From Gemmatimonadota bacterium (lineage in GTDB: Bacteria > Gemmatimonadota > Gemmatimonadetes > Gemmatimonadales > Gemmatimonadaceae), in the NCBI GenBank assembly GCA_037975505.1, contig JBANGJ010000033.1, forward strand, positions 1,033-65,032: 64,000 nucleotides of DNA, written 5' to 3'. The position numbers and the translations under genes are program-made. Positions 57,819 to 64,000 of this stretch are shown in pieces. The notes beneath the pieces were generated by a model. That model searched no databases, had not been told where the DNA came from, and saw only the letters and a list, made by a program, of their open reading frames with translations. Within the stretch, counting starts at the first letter, position 1, and each line of letters begins with the position of its first letter.

Positions 57819-59224
57819 CGGGCGCGACGGAACAAGCGGACGCCCCACGCCTCGAGCGTGAGGGCAGGGAGGGCGGCGGGCGCCTGGCCCTCGGCCGCGT
57901 CAGCGCCGGGGCGGCCCTCCCGCCATGGCGTCACGTCCACATAGCTGGTGCCGCCCACCTCCACCGTGCCGTGGAACGGCCGGTTGGAGAGGTTCACGGC
58001 GACGAGGATCTCCTCGGCCGCGTCCTGCCGCACGAAGGTCACGATGCGGTCCTCGTCGGCGTTGCGCACCCACGTGGTCGACCCTCGCCGGAGCGCCGCG
58101 TGCGCGCGACGGAACGGGAGCAGCTGCGCGTAGAAGCGCGGGAACTCGGGCCGGCGCTCCCGCACGCCCCAGAAGACCGGGAGATCCTCGAAGAGCGCCG
58201 GCGCGCCGCTCTCCGTGGCATCGCCGACCTCCATCCCGTTGTAGAGCACTGGCACGCCGTCCAGCGCGAAGATCAGCGCCGACGCCGCCAAGGCTCCGCG
58301 CGTCCCGAAGAGGGAGACCGCGCGCGACTCGTCATGGTCGTCCGCGATGCGCATATGCAGCGCCCCGCGCGGATAGATCCGCCGCTCGGCCTCCCACTCC
58401 TCGCGGATGGCCCGGGCGCTGCGCGTCCCCTGGATGGCGTCCTTCAGCGCATGATAGCCGGGCCAGCCGTAGTCCAGGTCGAAGGCCTTCGCCACGAGGT
58501 CGGGTTCGTGCGACTCGGCCAGCATCATGACCTCGGGCTTGAGTCGCTCCAGCCGCGTCCGTGCCTCTTCCCAGAAGTCCGTTGGCACGAGGAACGCCAC
58601 ATCCGCACGGTACCCGTCGAGGTCGACCTCGCGCATCCAGTGTTCCAACACCCCGAACATGTAGTCGCGCGTGGCCCGGTTGCCGTAGTCGAGCTGCGCG
58701 ATGTCCGTCCAGTCGTACGGCGAGAGCACGTTCCCGGCGGCGTCCCGCTTGTGGAAGCCCGGGCGCCGCAGCAGCGGGTTGTCCCACGCCGTGTGGTTGA
58801 GCACCACGTCGAGGATGACCTTCAGGCCGAGGCGGTGGGCCTCGCGCACGAGGCGACGCAGGTCGTCCACGGTGCCGTATGCCTGGTTGACGGCGTAGTA
58901 GTCCTGCACCGCGTACGGGCTGCCGATGCGCCCCTTCTTCTTGACTTCGCCGAGCGGGTGGATCGGCATGAGCCAGAGCACGGTGACGCCGAGGTCACGG
59001 AGTTCCGGCAGCCGCGCCGTGGTGGCGGCGAAGGTGCCGGCCTCGGTGAAGGTGCGGACGTTCAGCTCGTAGATGACGGCGTCTCGCACCCAGTCGGCGG
59101 AGGGGCGGGCGTCGCGCCCGGAGACGTCGGGGCGGGTCTGTGCGGTGAGCGTCGGCGCTCGGAGGGCCGCCCCGAAAAGGGCGGTGAGGGCGGCGAGGGC
59201 CGCGCGGTGCATCAGCGAGGGCAT
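57815..59224 (-). CDS. Secreted GH13 alpha-amylase-family protein
   Basis: Signal peptide; IYELNVR, WLMPIHP, GSPYAVQDY, DVVLNHT, DGYRADVA, LAES, DHDE; stop overlaps the glgP ATG. Confidence 0.92.
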   Translation of the reverse strand: MPSLMHRAALAALTALFGAALRAPTLTAQTRPDVSGRDARPSADWVRDAVIYELNVRTFTEAGTFAATTARLPELRDLGVTVLWLMPIHPLGEVKKKGRIGSPYAVQDYYAVNQAYGTVDDLRRLVREAHRLGLKVILDVVLNHTAWDNPLLRRPGFHKRDAAGNVLSPYDWTDIAQLDYGNRATRDYMFGVLEHWMREVDLDGYRADVAFLVPTDFWEEARTRLERLKPEVMMLAESHEPDLVAKAFDLDYGWPGYHALKDAIQGTRSARAIREEWEAERRIYPRGALHMRIADDHDESRAVSLFGTRGALAASALIFALDGVPVLYNGMEVGDATESGAPALFEDLPVFWGVRERRPEFPRFYAQLLPFRRAHAALRRGSTTWVRNADEDRIVTFVRQDAAEEILVAVNLSNRPFHGTVEVGGTSYVDVTPWREGRPGADAAEGQAPAALPALTLEAWGVRLFRRAR

Positions 59225-59320
59225 CGGGGAATCGGGGGGAGGGAACCGGGCCGCGTGGCGGCGGCCGTATCATCCGAAATCTACCCGGGCTCGCCCCTTC
59301 TCGGACCGGCGATGGGACCC

Positions 59321-60424
59321 TCAGCCCACCATCACCCGGAGGGCCGTCCGCACGGCCTCCAGGCAGGGGGCCAGCGTCTCCGTGCCGTGCTCCCCCATAT
59401 GTCCGATCCGCACGCTCGCGCTCCGTAACGGGCCGTAGCCGGACCCGATGGTGAACCCGAGCCCCGCCACGCGGGCCACCAGCGCCTCCGCGTCCACCCC
59501 GTCCGGCACGATGAAGCCGCTGACGGTCGCAGCCCGCGCGCCCTCGGCGGCAATCCACCGGAGGTCGATCCCCTCGGCCTGGAGGGCCACCATCCACTCC
59601 GCGGTCAGCGCGCCCATCGCGGCATGACGCGCCCACCGCGCGGGAAACCCCTCGGCCGCGATGGCCTCGAGTTGGGCGTCGGCGGCGTAGAGCAGCGAGA
59701 GGGCCGGGGTGGTCGGCGACTGTGACCGCTCGGCGAAGCGTTGCACACGGAGCGGGTCGAGGTAGAAGCCGCGATGTCGCGCCCGCCGTGCGGCTGCGAG
59801 ATACGCCGGGCTCGCCACGGCGAACGCGAGCCCGGGGGGCATCGCCAGCGCCTTCTGCGACCCGGTGCAGACGAAGTCGAGCCCCCAGGCATCGGTGGCC
59901 ACCGGGATGCCGCCGACGCCGGTGACGCTGTCCACCAGGCTCAGCGCGCCGTAGTGCCGGGCCAAGGCGGCCACGGCGGCGACGTCGGCCTGCGCTCCCG
60001 TGCTCGTCTCCACGTGTACCATCGTCACGGCGCGCACGTCGCCGGTGACGAGCGCGGCCTCCACCTCGGCCAGCGGCACCACCCCGCCGAAGGGGGCGAA
60101 GAGCCGCTGCACGGTGTGGCCGCAGCTCTCGGCGATCTGCGCGAACCGGTCGGCGAACTCCCCGTTCACGAGCGCCAGCACCTTGCCCGGCGGCAGGCCA
60201 CGGAGCGCGAGCTCCATCGCCCCCGTCGCCGAGGCCGTCAGCAGCCAGACCGGGCGCTCGGTCCCGAACGCCCCCTGCAGCCCGGTGGCGATCCGCGCGT
60301 GCAACGCCTCGTACTCGGCGGAGCGGTGCGCGATCATCGGACGCGTCATCGCGTCGAGGACCGCGGGGCGCACCGCCACCGGGCCCGGCACGAACCAGCC
60401 CCCGAGGCCGCGGTCGGCGCTCAT
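59321..60424 (-). CDS. Alanine-glyoxylate/serine-pyruvate aminotransferase family (class V)
   Basis: PGPV, HRS, SATGAME, NGEFA.RF, VHVETSTG, VDSVT, GSQKALAMPPG, RIGHMG. Confidence 0.92.
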   Translation of the reverse strand: MSADRGLGGWFVPGPVAVRPAVLDAMTRPMIAHRSAEYEALHARIATGLQGAFGTERPVWLLTASATGAMELALRGLPPGKVLALVNGEFADRFAQIAESCGHTVQRLFAPFGGVVPLAEVEAALVTGDVRAVTMVHVETSTGAQADVAAVAALARHYGALSLVDSVTGVGGIPVATDAWGLDFVCTGSQKALAMPPGLAFAVASPAYLAAARRARHRGFYLDPLRVQRFAERSQSPTTPALSLLYAADAQLEAIAAEGFPARWARHAAMGALTAEWMVALQAEGIDLRWIAAEGARAATVSGFIVPDGVDAEALVARVAGLGFTIGSGYGPLRSASVRIGHMGEHGTETLAPCLEAVRTALRVMVG

Positions 60425-60472
60425 CGCCTCACCTCGCCGTCGGACCCCGAGGGGCACGCGGGCCCGCCGACG

Positions 60473-61840
<1,368 letters not shown>

Positions 61841-61869
61841 CTAGCCGCGGCCGGAAGGGTCCGCGGCGT

Positions 61870-62031
61870 TCAGCCGCCGAGGCGCTCCGCCCAGCGCCGG
61901 CCGTACCACATCCCCACGCCGAACCCGACCATGCTCAGCACGAAGCCGGTCATCGGGCCCACGCGCGCGCCGAGGGCCCACCCGATCGAACTGAACACGG
62001 TGGTGCAGATCAGGACGAGGATCTTGGTCAT
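61870..62031 (-). CDS. Small 53-aa two-TM membrane protein
   Basis: MTKILVLICTTVFSSIGWALGARVGPMTGFVLSMVGFGVGMWYGRRWAERLGG; ATGA overlap with the upstream gene. Confidence 0.7.
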   Translation of the reverse strand: MTKILVLICTTVFSSIGWALGARVGPMTGFVLSMVGFGVGMWYGRRWAERLGG

Positions 62032-62372
62032 CGGTCCCCCACGCGGTCGCTCACCGCGCGGGCGAGCCCCGCCGCGCTCATCGCGAGGATCGCCGCGAAG
62101 CCGAGCGTCACCGCCACCAGCCGGGCGGGATCGAGTCGGAGCACGGGCCCGACGGTCGGGAGCACCGGGCCGATGGCCCGGTCCGTGACAGCGGCAAGGA
62201 GTGCCCCCCAGGCCACGACCGCCGCGAGGCCCGCGACCAGGGCCACGGCAGGATCGCGACGCCGCACGACGCCGAGCGCGGCCCCCACGAGCGGGACGGC
62301 CCACCACCCGCCGAACCAGGTGCCGGCCGCCATCCCGGCCGCACCGAGGAGGAACCAGAGGGCGCGGGTCAT
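62028..62372 (-). CDS. Hypothetical membrane protein (114 aa)
   Basis: Hydrophobic, translationally coupled (TGATG) to the upstream acylase gene. Confidence 0.7.
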   Translation of the reverse strand: MTRALWFLLGAAGMAAGTWFGGWWAVPLVGAALGVVRRRDPAVALVAGLAAVVAWGALLAAVTDRAIGPVLPTVGPVLRLDPARLVAVTLGFAAILAMSAAGLARAVSDRVGDR

Positions 62373-64000
62373 CAGCGGGATTCCGGGGTGAGGGTGAGGG
62401 TGGCCCGGACCCGGGCCGCTGGCATCGCGGCGGCGGAACGCGGGACGAGCAGTGGGGCGAGTTCACCGTGCTGCCAGAGGGGCACCCGGTCGGCGTAGCG
62501 GGAGGAGAACGGGTTCCCCGATTGTCCGCCAGGATAGGTGCCCCAGGCGCTCACCGAGTCCCCGAGCTCCACCACGAAGCGCCAACTCGCGCCGTGGACG
62601 CCGCGCCCGTCATTCGGGCTGAGCGTGCCGGGCCCGGACTGCACGGCGAGGGATTCGCGACCGAATCCCGGGAGCTGCAGCAGGTGCCGGATGTTGGCCT
62701 GCCGGATGCTGCCCCAGCGCCAATCGCGCGGGAGATCCCCGTGCGCGGCGGTGACGGTCAGCCACGCACGCTCGAGGCTCTCCACGAGGATCATGTCCCG
62801 CGTCTCCACGCGGTCCGGCGTGCGCCGATCATCCCACCAGGGCGAGGTGGCCGAGCCGAGGAGGCGCGCGAGGATCATCGTGTTCGGCGTCGCGACCCGC
62901 GGGCCGGCGGAGTCGCCCGGTGGGAGCAGTTCGTCCCAGGTGCGATCGATGAGGGTGGCGAGGAACGCGTCGTACAGGACCGCGCCTCGGCTGTCCACGG
63001 TGAAGCGGCCGTCCCAGTCGTCGCCGAGCACGGCGAGCCCGTCCCGGGCCGCCGCGGGGGGATTCGGGGTCGCGGCCATCGCGGCGCGCACGGCGTTCAC
63101 GATGGGGCCCGTGAGCGCGCTCTTCGGGTCGATGTGCGCCGCCTGCATCTTCGCCGGCGTCATCGCCGCGTCCGCCCTGAGGAGCTCGTTGATGCGGAGC
63201 GCCCGCCACGGCGTGGGCCAATCCCATCCGAGATAGCCGGGCTCCACCTCGGGATCCATCGGCTGCTGGTTGGCGCTGGCGAGGTACGCCTGGGCGGGGT
63301 CCATCACCTGCGGGCCTCGGGACTCGGGCCAGTCGCCGGTCCAATCGCTCGCGGAACGGCTGCCGTCGAACACGCGGTCGCCGCGCCCGTCGCCGGGCCG
63401 GATTGGGTAGCGGCCGAGGCTGCGGATCGCGATGTGCCCACCGCGGTCCGCGACCAGGAAGTTCTGCGCGGGGACCCGGAACGGTCGCATCGCCGCATAC
63501 CACTCGGGCACGGAGCGCGCGCGCACGGCGCCGTAGAATCCGCTCAGCTCGTCCGAGGGCTCAAGCGCTGTCCAGCGCATCGACACCCACCCCATCTCCG
63601 TCCGGAGCAGGGGGCCGCGGTGCGTGCGGTAGAGCGTGTCCGTCGCGAGCCGTTCGCCGCGTGGGCCGCGGTACTCGGTGACGGTCCGCTCCACGGGACG
63701 CATCATGCCGTCGAGCCGGTACGCCGACGGCGCCACGGAGTCGTCCACCGTCTCGCGGTAGAAGTCGACGACATCGGCGCCGGTGTTCGTCGCCGTCCAG
63801 GCGACATCGCGGTTGAAGCCGATGGACGGGAGCGGCGAGAGCGGGAGCGTCACGCCGTAGAAGTCGAGCGAGTCCGTGACGACGTGCAGCTCGTACCAGA
63901 TGCTGGGGAGCGTCAGCTGCAGGTGGGGATCGCCCGACAGTAGCGCGTGGCCGCTCGCGGAACGCGACGGACCGACCGCCCAGTTGTTGCTGCCGAGCGC
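62372..64000 (-). CDS. Penicillin acylase family Ntn hydrolase (5' part outside window)
   Basis: The frame extends to the window edge: LGSNNWAVGPSRSASGHALLSGDPHL.LTLPSIWYE, IGFN..VAW..TN, ASANQ, GASWRFVV, PGGQSGNP.S. Confidence 0.93.
   Translation of the reverse strand, partial: ALGSNNWAVGPSRSASGHALLSGDPHLQLTLPSIWYELHVVTDSLDFYGVTLPLSPLPSIGFNRDVAWTATNTGADVVDFYRETVDDSVAPSAYRLDGMMRPVERTVTEYRGPRGERLATDTLYRTHRGPLLRTEMGWVSMRWTALEPSDELSGFYGAVRARSVPEWYAAMRPFRVPAQNFLVADRGGHIAIRSLGRYPIRPGDGRGDRVFDGSRSASDWTGDWPESRGPQVMDPAQAYLASANQQPMDPEVEPGYLGWDWPTPWRALRINELLRADAAMTPAKMQAAHIDPKSALTGPIVNAVRAAMAATPNPPAAARDGLAVLGDDWDGRFTVDSRGAVLYDAFLATLIDRTWDELLPPGDSAGPRVATPNTMILARLLGSATSPWWDDRRTPDRVETRDMILVESLERAWLTVTAAHGDLPRDWRWGSIRQANIRHLLQLPGFGRESLAVQSGPGTLSPNDGRGVHGASWRFVVELGDSVSAWGTYPGGQSGNPFSSRYADRVPLWQHGELAPLLVPRSAAAMPAARVRATLTLTPESR

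Overview
Very GC-rich, gene-dense bacterial chromosomal window of about 38 CDSs. The gene repertoire (SusC/SusD, VPS10/BNR proteins, LVIVD+DUF305, many lipoproteins) suggests Gemmatimonadota, which is an inference. I saw no rRNA, tRNA, CRISPR array, transposase or phage gene. Main blocks: (1) 1-17.5 kb is mixed: a HEAT/cyclophilin protein, sterol desaturase, atypical GGT, a baeRF+CBS pair, an MntR/DtxR-FeoA + feoB unit with its own operator, an APC permease, an AKR-Rid fusion, a BNR-serine hydrolase fusion and a VPS10-like protein. (2) 17.5-28.9 kb is a self-contained, ROK-regulated, probable beta-1,3-glucan locus of two convergent operons, each with a matching TTTGTT-N9-AACAAA operator. It has no TonB-dependent transporter but encodes a clan GH-A hydrolase fused to an apparent outer-membrane beta-barrel, plus a repeat CBM-like lipoprotein. 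This is the best candidate for an undescribed system. (3) 29-33.8 kb holds DUF305, LVIVD, a Tat-exported PLP enzyme and DUF429. (4) 34-59 kb is an alpha-glucan super-locus in which susC-susD-PTS converges on amylase-glgP-glgB-glgC-glgA-glgX-malQ-MFS-GH13/esterase. (5) 59-64 kb holds an aminotransferase, argG, two small membrane proteins and a penicillin acylase. All family assignments come from motif recognition by eye, not database searches.
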